The notes below the pieces were generated by a model. The model was not told the DNA's origin. It searched no databases and worked only from the letters and a program-made list of their open reading frames with translations. Both the position numbers and the translations under genes were made by a program. 64,000 nt of DNA from Ramazzottius varieornatus (taxonomy: Eukaryota > Animalia > Tardigrada). Of the stretch, positions 51,531 to 64,000 are shown in pieces (positions within the stretch are counted from its first letter, which is position 1; each line of letters begins with the position of its first letter). The stretch spans positions 3,345,826 through 3,409,825 of the forward strand of contig BDGG01000002.1 of NCBI GenBank assembly GCA_001949185.1, given 5' to 3'.

Positions 51531-53111
51531 CGAAAAGAATCGTGACGATGGTGCTGTAAGAAGGGCGAGGAAGTAACAGTGAAGCGCGATTTAGAGTGCC
51601 CGGCAAGCGCGAGCTGGGCACTGTAAATCTTGTCTCCCAAAGTAAGTGGCCACGGAAGCCTCTCCAAAATCTAGTCTCCTAGCTAGGGCTGTGACCTTTT
51701 TCGTCTCCCAAATATCTCGTCCCCCAAAACGCCTTTTTCACCTTGTCGCTCAAAAAAGATCGTCTCCCATTGGGAGACGAGAGTACTGTCCGGCGCGCGG
51801 ACCGAGGAAAAACATTGCCCATAATGGCGCACGATCTTGTTCAGATCTGGTCACTGCTGATAAAATGAGACCTTATTAAAAGGATCCGAGTAGAATTTTT
51901 TGGAAAAAAGTTTTCACGTATAGTAATTCCCAATTTTTCAGGAATCAGGAGACGACTTTTTTCGTCTCTGCACCTAAGTGGTCAACTAAGGGTGCGAGTA
52001 CTTTTTTGTAGAGAATTCAATGAGCAATAGAACAGCCGTGACAGATTTTGTTTCCGACATCTAGTTGAAAAGTTGTAGAGGAGGCGGGTGAGGGTCCGGC
52101 ACTGTAACGTCCCCTGATTCGCATGCATAACATCATGGCAATGCACGAAGTACCCCCAAGCAGTGTGTAAGTGGGTTTCGGCAGTCTGATTTCCGGAACA
52201 AAATTTTAAACTCATCGCAATCACAAGAGCGTTCGCCATAAAGGTATTTGAATGTTTGCTCATAAGCGCAGCGGATGCACATGGTGGAAAACTAACAGTT
52301 GATTTTCATTCGGGTTGATTGTTTGTGAGCTGTTAACGTCATTTTCTTCCACTTTTAGTAAGCTGTACGTTATGTTTGACCGGTGTCAAACAGAAATCGA
52401 AGAGCGATGTACACATCTTAAGCGAGTGGACTGTGATTTCAAACATCATCGCAGCAACGGAAACGCCCCCCAACAGGGAGGAAGTATTTCTAATCTCCAC
52501 TGAACAAGCGTGCCGGTTAACGCAAAATATATGTGCTATAAAAGGCGAAGCGGCTGAGCCGAGAACCCCCACATATAATAAAAGGTAGGGGCGGGTGGGA
52601 GCAAGAAGAGGAAGCGAATGAGGAAACAACTTTCTGCATCGCTTCGTAAAGGCAAAAAGGTGTGGCTATACATCAAAGAACGGGGACTTGCACCAGAATG
52701 AACAGCAGAGGGAAGGCTGTTCGCTATATCATTACAGACAGATTTCGTAGTTCACAAGATCTTCCTCAATACTGGCATCCTCGTCGAAGGCATTCGCAGT
52801 CCAGATATTTGAGGCGCGCCTTACTTGTTGAGATTTCTCAAACCTTTTCCACTACCGACACGTGTCTGAGTACGTTCTCTCAAGATCTCCGGAGTTGTAC
52901 CTTACTTTTTCTCCAGATACTTGGTACCGTTCTGTCAGCAGCGGGCTTTTCCCTTTCCATGCATAACAGCCACTTGATGAATTGGGTCAGGTTAGCGCAA
53001 TTGGATCAAGACGAAAGAAACAGTGGTATCAAGGGCGTTTCTTGTTTTGACTGCGTTGGTTATTGCGTTTGTGGTAGCCTGGCTCCCGTGGGTTATCTGT
53101 CAAGCACTGAA

Positions 53112-53167
53112 AAACCGGCATAATCTTCGTCGGTAATAAAGATTACCGGCGAAGATTATGCCGGTTT
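53112..53167. repeat. 26-bp-stem hairpin
   Basis: AAACCGGCATAATCTTCGTCGGTAAT-AAAG-ATTACCGGCGAAGATTATGCCGGTTT, with one T:G pair. Confidence 0.9.
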
Positions 53168-54629
53168 CTTTTGGGTGTAACGTATTGGACCAGTTACGGG
53201 TTATCGGGCCTGAATCCATTCATGTTCGGGATTGCAAGTGGAGATTTGAGGAAAGCGGTTCAGCGTCCTACTCGCTGGAAGAGCAGAACGTTACATGAAG
53301 CCGTTTCGATACATCATCTCTTCTCTGGAAGGCCAGGATCGCAAAACTGACTCTCCGTTGGCTGCTGCCGTGATTGAGCATACTGTGACAGGCCAGTAAA
53401 TATTGCGTGGCGGGGATAAAAAACTTCACTGCCGTCAATCAAAAACTCCTGGCCAATCAAGCGCAGCAATGTGCCACAATCAAACAATTAGTGATATGAG
53501 GCCCCGAGTGTAATTCACTGATCTGTCACGTGACTGCGCGAAACCCTAGAGGTAATACAGTAGTTTCGAAAGCTCAGAAACTTTTTGTCTGTCCATCTTT
53601 TCAGCCAAAAACTACTGATCCAAACCGCCCAAAACTTTACACACACATGATTTCTGGGTAGCTGAAGCATTTCTTATCGCCTCAAAATTCGATATGGTTT
53701 TTGTCTGATTTTTTCTGGTTTTTTGGCATATGAGAGCTGTTTAAATGCACAACTGACCATTTACCAAGGGTCGAAAGGTTTTTCATGCATATGACCTTTC
53801 CGAGGTTGTTTGATTGGTTAGATCTCAGAAACAGTCCCTTAGAAGGTCATCATGGGAGCTAGACACAAGTTTAGCCCACAGGTCGCAGGTGAAATAGGTT
53901 TGCAGTTCGGAAACGTCCGCCGCATAAAACTGACGAATTCCCCCGGCGGACCTTTAAACAACTCATCCAGAACTGGCAAACATGTGCATCAGACTCATAA
54001 GGGAGCATTTGATGACGTCAGGTACCCAGGGAGGGATGATGGGTACCCGAAACCTGACAGCAATGTTACAAAAGCCAGTTGATTGCTTGAACTGCCCGAC
54101 ATGGGGGCGATGGTCAGGCTTGTTGATATCAAAACCTGACCTTATCAATGAATGTTCCCCAAGTTGAATTTCCAAATAACGTGGACTGCCGATCTCTCGC
54201 GAAGAGCCAGCATTTTTCCATAAAACAACCTTCTATCTTTTGTAGCATAGAATCTCGTCTTATTCAACCTGTAGAACATAACTGAGCCTTCATGATGTCC
54301 TTCAGTACCACAACAAAACAGCCAGCCGATTTTTATTTTGAAACAAAATCCAGCATTCATGGTACCCATTCACGGCAAGCTGCGAGCGAGCCGGAGGCGA
54401 GCGACCAGCTTGTATCAGTCTAGCACAAGATTAAAAATCATCGAAATCAGGAAGGAGCGGGAGAGTGAACAACCATATACTGATTAAGTGTACACGTTGC
54501 TCAATCAGTATTATATATGGAGCATTCCCAATTTTCAAGTGCGGGTTTTTGGATTTATCGATATATATGAGACATGAGTAATATATCGATACAGTCACGC
54601 TCACGAGTCATCGCCACGAGTCATTGCTT

Positions 54630-55695
54630 GCGTGTATCTTGTGATTATACCGTCCGATTTTGATGGTTTGAATGTTATGATTTACAGTACAGCACACCTT
54701 GAGTCACACGACAGGCGGACCGCTTACTCAATCAATCGAGTGGTTCGAGCGGCTGGTTCGAACAATGAAATATGGTAGCTTATTTCTCGTCACGTGACAG
54801 ACTTGTGAGGAAACCCAAACGGACAAAAGATAGCCCGAACAGTTTTGTATAAGCAGCGAGAGAAGAGATCTGCCGTATAGATACCTCACGGAATTCCCCA
54901 TATGGGTTTTACGACTTACTTTTCAGTGTTCTTTATGGATGAGAAATTTAGAGTTCGAATATTGTTTTCATGCACATCCGATTTCTACAGAACGAATTTC
55001 CGGAAATGACACAGTGATTGTTCTTTTCAGAAAGTATAGTTTTCAGGAACAGAATCCACAAATGAGCAAGAAGGTAAGAAATCCACTCAGGTTTTACGGG
55101 AAAGTGGTCAGTAGAACCCATACTGTATTACCTCCAATAATTTATGTACCTCACAGCTATCTCTCTTGTAATGAAGCTTGCGATAAATCAAGCCGAGATC
55201 TCTTCTAAGTCAATGGAATACGTCGTTTCAGTTCTTTTTAGAGTGACCACATCAGAAAACCGCCGGAAGTGCTATGGTCCAGTTTGTGATAGAAGCCTTT
55301 GACTGAACAGCTGATTCACTAGTACTAGTACCGGACATGAGACGGTACAGCTTTGCGCGATTGATTCACCTTCTTGATTGACTCCAGAGACGTCATAGCC
55401 TCTTCGGCAAGTCAGCTATCGCAAACTCAGCATGTGTGTTTTTGTAGAAAACGTATCAGTGACGTACATAAACTATCGGAGGTAATACAGTATGGGAAAA
55501 TCTGGTGTTCTTATAAGTTTGTCACGTGACGAGAATAAACCAAAAATAATCCATATTTCCTTGTTCGAACCAGCTACTCGAACCGGTTGATCGATTGAGT
55601 AAGCGGTCCGTTTGTCATGTGAACAGATAGTTCAGGGTGCGCTCCAAATCTTAACGTGTCAATCATCGAAATCGGACGGTAGGATCACAAGATAT
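54630..55695. repeat. Long imperfect inverted repeat (foldback-type element)
   Basis: 54635-54800 (ATCTTGTGAT..ACCGTCCGATTT; CGGACCGCTTACTCAATC..GGTTCGAACAA; GTCACGTGAC) is mirrored at 55520-55695. Outer boundaries uncertain. Confidence 0.75.
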
Positions 55696-56827
55696 AAGCA
55701 ACTAAAGGAAGACCACGACGTAACGTTCACCCGTGACCGTGAACGTATACCGCGATGTGATATTTTAAGTTATCATAATCCGCTTACCGATATCCCGTCT
55801 ATAATGATGTTCCGATACAGTCCACTCACTCTAAATGTGTACAAACTTTTCCGATTTCAAAACACGGAAAATCACTCGAAGTCGGCAATACTACTCGCCA
55901 AGCCCACTACAGCCGAGCACCTGCAACTTGATTACTTGATTACATCAGTTACAGCTCAGTATAATCATAATGTATACTTTACGTTGTTTTGGCCAGCAGA
56001 TTGGCGTGCTCTGCGGTGAATGTTCAGCAGACCTTAACACTTACAGCACGAAGGTTTTCATGTTCGCAAAATACCACCGTTCTTTGTGAGTACAAGACTT
56101 GGCTAAGGTGATGCAAAGGAGGCGGGGCCAGCCAATAGATAATTTAAGAAACTTAGAAATTTCGAAGATTGGCAGGCCGTGGAGTTCAACCTGGGGAAAG
56201 TAGTCCTTGCCATTTTGATTTTCTCTAAAGCATTCCGATGACAAGAAAATTTGTCCCAGGCTTGGTTTCGGTAAAGGGAATTGTTCTCACTGTTTCAGAT
56301 TTCTTCAGAACGAGTGTTGCGTATGTGCCTCCAGTAAGAAGACGAAATCTGAAACACCACCGAAACCACCCGAAATTGTAACACTTTTTGCTAGCGTTCT
56401 GCGTTTTCGCTGACCCCTGGTCATTAATCTCAACTTAATGACAAGATCGAGTTGCAGCCAAACAAAAAACCCCCAACCCGAAAGACCAAAAGCTAAAATC
56501 GGAAGGCGAGTAAAACTGACACATTGTACTCACAATGAGTACGGTCGTGTTACAAGTGTTAAAGTGAAACGGAAAACTGTTGTCCACATTTTGAGCGAGT
56601 GGAGTGTGTTACAGTATTGTCATACCAAATCACAGCGACGCGAAATATTTCAGTAAAGCACGTTGTATTATATTTTTCCCAGCACTAAGTGGGCAAAGTA
56701 ACTAGCTGGGAGATTGCGAGCGACAGCTGGGTCTGATAGCTGACGTCATGCTTTTGTGATTCGTAGTTGCGGAGTCGAGTATGACGAATGAAAACGGTAG
56801 CATTTACGTCACAGCAGCCAGACTGAG

Positions 56828-57446
56828 TAGCGCTGGCAAAAATACGATAAAATTCGATATGATGTTTTTCGATACAATATCGGCGGATGTTTTATTGCGG
56901 TCTTCGATATTCATTCGATATCGCTTTTTCGATACGATATTTTTTCGATAACGTATTTTCTATATATCGTATCATATTGCAGCGACATATCGATATTTCT
57001 GGAATTTTAGTTTTTCGGAATTTCCCTGGTTCAAGCCGAAAAGCTCAAGAAGACGGTTTCCACATAAAGTATTAGTAAGATCGAAAGCGTCGGATGCAGC
57101 AAAGACATGACTATACCAAGACTTCAAACATGTAAACCTGGACAGCATTAGTACCAGAACCGAATGGGCGGAGTGTGCTCGGTACACCATGGCCAAAATC
57201 AAGTCTTTGAAATTAACCATCGTCTTTCGTAAACGAGATATCACTGGCGAGTTTGCCATTCAGCAAAGTACCGATATATCGATAATATATCGATATGGCG
57301 CGATACGATATCGCCGAATATTTTATTGCGTTATTCGATATGAGCTTCATATCGATATTTTCGATACGATATCTGTCGCATATTTTATCGCAAAGATTCG
57401 ATATATTTCGATGCGATATCGATCTACCCTATCGTTGCCAGCACTA
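56828..57446. mobile_element. hAT MITE (TAGTGCTGGCAA family), 619 bp
   Basis: TAGCGCTGGCAA...TTGCCAGCACTA; perfect TSD AGACTGAG (56820-56827, 57447-57454); CGATA subterminal repeats. Confidence 0.92.
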
Positions 57447-58323
57447 AGACTGAGCTTGCCCGTGATCTTTCAACAAGAGGGAATTACCACGTGACAACTG
57501 AGTTACATTGCCCATTGCTCAAATATTTTGACGATAACGTCATGTAGCATGCAAATTCGTAGGAGGCCGTTCTAGCGTCAAAACCCTGGCAGGGATGCTT
57601 CAGTTATTGGTTACGTCCGAAATTGTTCAGTTTTGTGCGACATCTATCCGTATCGAGACTTGGAGGCTCTACCACGTGATGCCTTTGATATTGTGAACAA
57701 CCTGATGTAAGAAAAGTGTACTTCGGAAGCAGAAACGTTCGTATGAAAATTGGGCCGCCAGTACCCAGATAATTTGAATAAATTAAGGAGTTCTATCGAA
57801 AAGTTACCACCAATGTCAAATTTCTCTGTCCAAACACAAAGTCTCTCCTCGACAGACGTACACAAGATCGAACGCCTACAGAATGGTCTACCGATGGAGC
57901 ACTGGAACAGCAAAGACCACTAAGGAGAAGCTCTGCCAGCAAAAGCAAACCGGATGAGCGGCGTCTTTCGGGTAGTCGCTAGTATATTTTCTATGCTTGT
58001 CGGTACATGCACAGTTCGCAGGAAACGTTCGGAGACCATTTTTGAGTCCTTGATATGTCGGAAGGTCAGATTTCAAAACGGAGGGACCATTGCTAACTTC
58101 AAATCCGTCCACTGGCGTCCAATCATGCTGAATCAACCTGTAATACCTATCAACTTCGGCACGGCGCAACGAACACTAGCGTCACAGAGCAGTATCAGAG
58201 TGGGCTCAGTATAGTGATTCTGTCAATCAACTGCTAAATTAGCCCAGCTTTCATCGAACACACCAACATGGCTGTACTAACACTCGAGAACACCCGGGTT
58301 TTGGTTGGTTCAGAAGCTCTGAA

Positions 58324-58348
58324 TGTGTGTGTGTGTGTGTGTGTGTGT
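58324..58348. repeat. (TG)12 microsatellite
   Basis: Seen directly. Confidence 0.95.
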
Positions 58349-58762
58349 ACGCGTCCACCCATTGCAACTAAGGTGGTGCGGGATAAAACCGCATCCTGCA
58401 CTGAGGCGTGACTGCGCAGAATAACGATCAGTTATTGCGATCAGTTATGGAGTTTTACTAGCCGCGACGCTTTTGAACCACGCTATTGGAAACTGAAGTC
58501 CACTTTCGAGGATATTCGAAGGTGTTGGCAAGAGCCGTTTGCAGTTGTAATGTACTTTATCCGTTTATCGAGCGATATGCTGGTCGGTTATGATGTTGGT
58601 AGCTTTCCGCCATCTAGAATAAGTGTGCGAGGAGTTTTTTTGGTGTAATCTTTCCCACGTATACTCGATGTTGAAACGAAGTCTTGGGGAGTTGTACATT
58701 TCGTATTCTGTGAATGAGGACAGCCAGGACCGAATATGTGCGTGGAGCTTTCTTTGAGAATA

Positions 58763-61700
58763 ATGTCTATCCTTGTGCCCGCCAACCTTATCGAGATAAT
58801 ATGTGTGTTGACTTGGCTCTTGTGCACCCAAATTTTGGTTTCACCAATGCGCCTCAACATCATCACTGCTTACACTGGACAGAACCCTGTGTACGGATAC
58901 GTTTCTACCGGACCAGGTGCCATTGCAGGACTAGAAAAAGCTGCGGTTATGTATCCGGAAGTCTTTCGTAAATATACGCTTTATACCGTGTATTCTCATG
59001 GCGGTATTATCTCATGCGCCGATGCCGCCATCCAAATGGGCTTTTTGGCTGGGAACATTACAGATATCTTGGAAAGGAACACGGGCTTTACCATAATCTA
59101 CACCCCAGGTAGAATTTGAACTACTGTCCCAAGTTCAAACCATGAGCAGTTCTATCGAAAATCTCTGTTGCGGTGAAGATTTGAGCCACTCGTAGGGCGT
59201 GTTTCTTGACAGGTTGTAGTCTGGAAACGATGGCACTCGGCGATTTTGCTCGAGGTACAGTGTGCACCAACCGTTCAACAACATAGTCATAAGTTTCGCT
59301 CGGGTCCCGTTTCCCAGATATACGGTTCAAAACTTTTACCCAAACTGGTACTACTGTACGCACATGTTTGGACTATGGTCGGCGGATACTGTCACCGTCA
59401 ACGCACGCTGCTTTCACCATTGCGACCAAAAAATTGGAAGCATGGCGAATCAACCAACAACATTGCAGGCGAAGTCGGGACGTTGCCATCAGTCAAAAGT
59501 CTTGATTAGAGGATGCGACAACAATCAAGCGAGTCAATTACCTCAGTTCACCTGAAAGGCTGAAACGTTAATCCAGACTTATGATCAGGTACCGCTCCGA
59601 ATCCGCCTGCGGTTTTGATCGATTGATTCGTCAGGCTTTCAACTCTATGACCGCGATGGTATACACATTACACAACATGCATGAAAGGTGGTCGCATCTA
59701 CCGCCCGTATCGGGCATCGCATTGATCATCGTTTTGTTTCAGAATGGAATTTGCCGCTCCTATCTAAGTAGGATTTTTTTATACCGAGTACCGAACTACG
59801 CTGCTGTACGAACACATGGGTGTTTGTAGCGTCGCTGGTGACTCTCGAATCAGCAATAAACAGCGATTCCCAACGGTGCTCACGGGAGCCGGTCCTGATC
59901 ACACCAGCATGAACATGGCTCTCTTGGATCTGCTTGACTTACTTTACTGGCGCACCGTAACTCTGTTATGTGACTCCGTGTCACAATATCCAGGCCCCAA
60001 TACGTTTTTTATTACCTCCTGTGCCAATCTTCGAGCTCAACAGACGCTTCGTCGAGCGAAACTCTACCTGCACAACATCGATTTCGACTCAAAATTCGTG
60101 CAGGATTTTGGACCATTCCTTTCGCAAGCAAAAGGTCAAAGCCGAAGTAAGATAGTTACCGAATTTTATCATCTAAGTTTCGTCTTTACGGGGGCATCTC
60201 TTTGTAGTTATCATCTTGATTACCCATCCGAAAATTATACACAAGATCATGGTGCGCAAAACGCTGAGTAGTGTCCCTAATATTGCATATCGATGTTCCA
60301 TGCGTTTCCAGATGACCGCCCATCGACTTCGTCTAACTGACGGAGATTATGTGAGTTCAATGTTATAAGGAGTCTCTGGTGACATCAACAGATCCTGCCA
60401 GCATACGCAGTGTATATTCGGTTTCGGCCACCCAGTTTCCGGAACATTTTTTTGTCTCCAAAGAACCCTTTATTGACGTGAAGTCTGAGAGAGCATGAAG
60501 GGGCAAGGCATGGTAAGTTTGCCGTACCTCGCCGTGGCTCAAAGTCTCAAAAAACTGGTCGCCCTTTTGGGAAGACACCCTGGAAAGTTTCAGGGTCAAC
60601 CAATAACTGAAACATACGCGCCGGGGATTTGATGCCAGAACGACTACCCACGATTTTCATGCCACATGACGTCATGGTGACGTCAAAACTTTTTCAGTTT
60701 GAAATTCGAACTTCCTCAGACTTTCCCGACTGACTACTGGTCAGACGGCCAAAACAGATGTCAGAATCTGGTTGCTCGATGTTTATTACATTAGATCGCA
60801 TTAGCAGTTGAAGATTGCCCCTGGGGTGCCAGAACTTTAAAACCGTTTCTTGAGCAAGCGTGTTATCAGTCAATGTTCCGGACACTGGGCCGCCAAAACC
60901 CATATGCTACACTTTACTGCTTGTTCGTATTCATCCGTCTACTGCAGGTCTTCCTTGGCGCAACCACCGGTTCCGCAATACCGGCGAAGCTATCCCTCAC
61001 TTGGCCGTGGGAGTTCAATGAAGACAAAAATGAGGTGAAAATGGGCTCTTACACAACTCTTGCGAGATTTCGAAATAATGCTACAGTGTACTGACGAAAT
61101 ACGTTGATGAAGTGTGCGGTTGAGTGTTATTTGGGGATTTCTTGATGAGGGGTTTGCTTTAGTAGACAGCTCTGGAAGCCTTCAGACACCTAATTATGTA
61201 CAACAACGTCGATCCTGATTGGAAGAAAATTCCGAACTGGTTGGAAGAGATCCCGGCTGCAGCACGAGCCCATTTCAGCACCAACTTTTCAGAAGATCAG
61301 AAAGTTGGCAATATTCTACTGCCGTTTATACCTGTTCGGAGATTGAAATTTCCCCCGCTGTTTTAGTACAACGAACTTGTAATATCGGCATACGAGATGA
61401 TGCTTGCCACCGGCCAAGTAAGTGCCTTAACAAGTTGGGGGAAAAGCATACCAAAGGTTCCGTGTTTCCACAGGTACTCCGTGAAACAATGGGTAATGTC
61501 GAACTCAGTGGCCGCTCGTTTGCGGCGCATTTCTGGAACAGAACTTTTGAGTTTCCATCTAGAAAGTTCACGATGGGACCGTACGGTCAGTTGAAGCTTT
61601 TCCCGAATCCCTATCGAAATGCGCGAGAAAACTGAATGGTTTGTTTCCCTTAGGTATGCGGGTCGTTGACGTTCTGTTCTCTCGGCCCAACCTTTCTGCC

Positions 61701-62326
61701 AGATACTTAGAGGTTCGAACCGCTTTCCGGAATGCTTTTCCTTCGTCCCGATAAACTTGAATCTCATACAGGAAGTCTGGCGGTACGATGCGGCTACTAG
61801 ACTTCTGAATGCATCTGCGGTGCTTGGTGCGGTATGGCCCTCATCGACTGGAAGGGCTCCTCCGGATCGTCCTGCTTGCGGATACAACGGAGAACTCTGT
61901 GATACCCCAAGTGCGTGCTCATATAACACTACAGTTGCGGATTTGTAACATGAAACAAGCCCGAGGTGATCGTGCCAGTTGTAACAGAAGTTACTTTTAA
62001 TCCAGGTGGCGTATTGCCAGTGGATTCAAGATCAATGGTTGGGATAGCGATCGCAATTGGGTTTTTCGTTCTTTGGACGGTGTATCTCGTCAGGTACATA
62101 TTGTTGTTGTAAAAGCGTGCTGCGGACAAGCGAAGGGACAGTCCATCCAGTCGTGCTCGATCGGTTCTGTTTTCGTAGGAACCGATACGGAAAATACGAC
62201 GCGGACAATCCATGGTGGTCGATCAACGCAGAAGATCTCGTTTTTTTCAATATGATGTTCAAATTACAAGTCGCATCTAGCTTACAAATGTGCCTCCTTT
62301 TGAACGAAAACGTTAACTGTGCTTGA
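58763..62326 (+). CDS. ANF-receptor/periplasmic-binding-fold single-pass receptor (receptor guanylyl cyclase-like ectodomain) with short cytoplasmic tail; many small exons
   Basis: Signal peptide; GCSLETMALGDFAR|EWNLPL; ISNKQRFPT; LLYWRTVTLLCD; KGQSRIIIL; AHRLRLTDGDY|VF; FWNRTF; WPSSTGRAPPDRPACGYNGELC; TM segment VGIAIAIGFFVLWTVYLV; WWSINAEDL, then stop at 62326. Confidence 0.82.
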
Positions 62327-64000
62327 CTCATCTGTCGCTCCTAAGGCAGCGATTCCACTTCTCGTAACTGGCGCGTTTTTGCTCTTTAAGAAAATTTTCC
62401 ATTACCATAACCGGAAAAAACCATCACGGATAAAGTCATCTCGGGAGAGGAGCAATCTCCGGACCCATCACATATTTCTGATTACTGGCTGGAACGAGAA
62501 AGTAGAATATACCTCATAACTGTCGTAATTTCTTGTCGAAAGTTCTACATGTATATTCCTCTCATTCGAGTATATATGAGTGAATCCACTTCTCCTGTCA
62601 TAACCGACTCGAATTGATCGAAAGTAGAATCGCTCATTACGGAGGTCCGTAATGGTTCTCCGTGATGAAGTGGAATCGCTGCATAAGACTACCGAGGTAA
62701 AGCGTGTAAAGTTAGCCGGCCCGTATAGGACTTGTAAGATTAGCCACCGCTGTGCCGCATGTTGCTTGATTGGTCAGATGGTTGTCGGTCCAGGCTCTCC
62801 AGCATGAGGTTTCCTCCTTTCGGAATTGAAAATCTCCTGGATTCTGTGAATCTTCACGTTAATTGCGACTAGTACCATTCAACAGCCCGTTGTTGTGTCT
62901 ATCACCTTATCCATAAGCATTTGGGAGTAAGTGCCCCGGATCTAAAAACCCTGTTATCAGACATCAGATAGGCTGAAAATTTGACGGAAAGAAGCACAGA
63001 AAACGTTTATTTCCTCCTGTCAAGAAAAAGGTTTTCCTCTGTCCGAAAATAGGCAGTTTTTAAACACGAATAAATATTTGTTCAGTATCAGAAAAGCTTT
63101 AATTTAGCTATCCCTTCGACAAAAAAATCTGCATAATTCTTCCCAGCTAAAGGAAAGGTGAAAAACATGATTTTTGGAGGGAAATTTAAATTCATCGAAA
63201 CTTCTCCAAAATCACGGAGCACTTCATAAGATACCGAGAAGACAGTTAGTTTCGCCATCTTACAGAATTGAGCAGAAACACAAACAAAAGCAAAAGACAC
63301 CACGTGTACCGAGCTCGGAAACATTTTCTTCAAGACCGCAACATCACAGTCAAAACAGAAAAGAATAACTATCTAAAGTGGGGAAAGGATGTTTCTTTTC
63401 ACTTGCAGTTCATTTGACCTGTGAAATGAAGCAGTAGTGTGCCATCGGATACATGAAATGGTATAGTACTAATCTACCAGGGGTTGAATGTCGCCTCCTG
63501 ATATGACCATTTGATAGATCTCGACGAGATATATCGTACTGCATCAGCCGTTTTTGCAACAGTGACATCCCCTGGTAAAGGCTGGTGACCGCAACGTTAA
63601 TTAAGTGTTCTAATTAAGAAAAATTGGCGCTGTCAATTTCAAAACTCACTACACAACATCATGATTCTTGCATTATTGTCTGTTGACAATATATGCAAGA
63701 ATTTTGCGGAATGTTCGACTAGTACAGTTCACATGACGGTTTAATGTTTTTGCGCTGGAACGACGACCCAGGTAGTGGCTACTAGGTGTTCGGGAAGGCG
63801 CTTTTCTCTTTTTCAGGTAGTGCTGGACCATGGAGCCTCTCCTTGAGCTGATCCACGTCGTCAGTCTCCCTCTCGGATTCAGCCAACGGAACCTCGTTCA
63901 TCGCTTCGCCAACCATCGGTCCCTCGGAACGAAGACTGCGTTAGCCATCGTCGCTCGCAACGGTACCGGTCTCACCGCTCAGCAAGCCCAGGACGCGTCG

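Noticed and set aside
53560-54415. Possible second DINE-1/Helentron-like element
   Set aside because: Has a suggestive 3' hairpin and GTCTGTCC core, but its boundaries and subterminal IR could not be established.
63830-64000. Open frame MEPLLELIHVV... at the right edge
   Set aside because: Too short and without motif; not kinase-like, so it cannot be assigned to the upstream receptor.

Overview
Eukaryotic (animal) genomic DNA with short GT-AG introns. The gene content (intronless 'NRLWA'-type GPCR, guanylyl-cyclase-type receptor ectodomain) and compact introns suggest a tardigrade-like genome; this is inference only. Genes, in order: a partial secreted S/T/P/Q-rich protein (-, runs off the left edge), KANSL3 (-), CTP synthase (+), an intronless rhodopsin-like GPCR (+), PRPF3 (+) convergent with KTI12 (-), an enlarged NSE2/MMS21 SUMO ligase (+), a peroxinectin-like heme peroxidase (-), a GPCR pseudogene fragment, and an ANF-receptor-type membrane receptor that appears to stop before the kinase-homology and cyclase domains (+). 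Intergenic and intronic DNA is crowded with DNA transposons. The best preserved is an apparently intact 3,164-bp hAT element with perfect TIRs and TSD and a 5-exon, 717-aa transposase. There are also two intron-bearing pogo-family elements sharing three intron positions, at least four hAT MITE families with 8-bp TSDs, TA-flanked MITEs, foldback elements and a Helentron-type element. Two 50-N assembly gaps are present. All exon models were built by eye and no database search was run.
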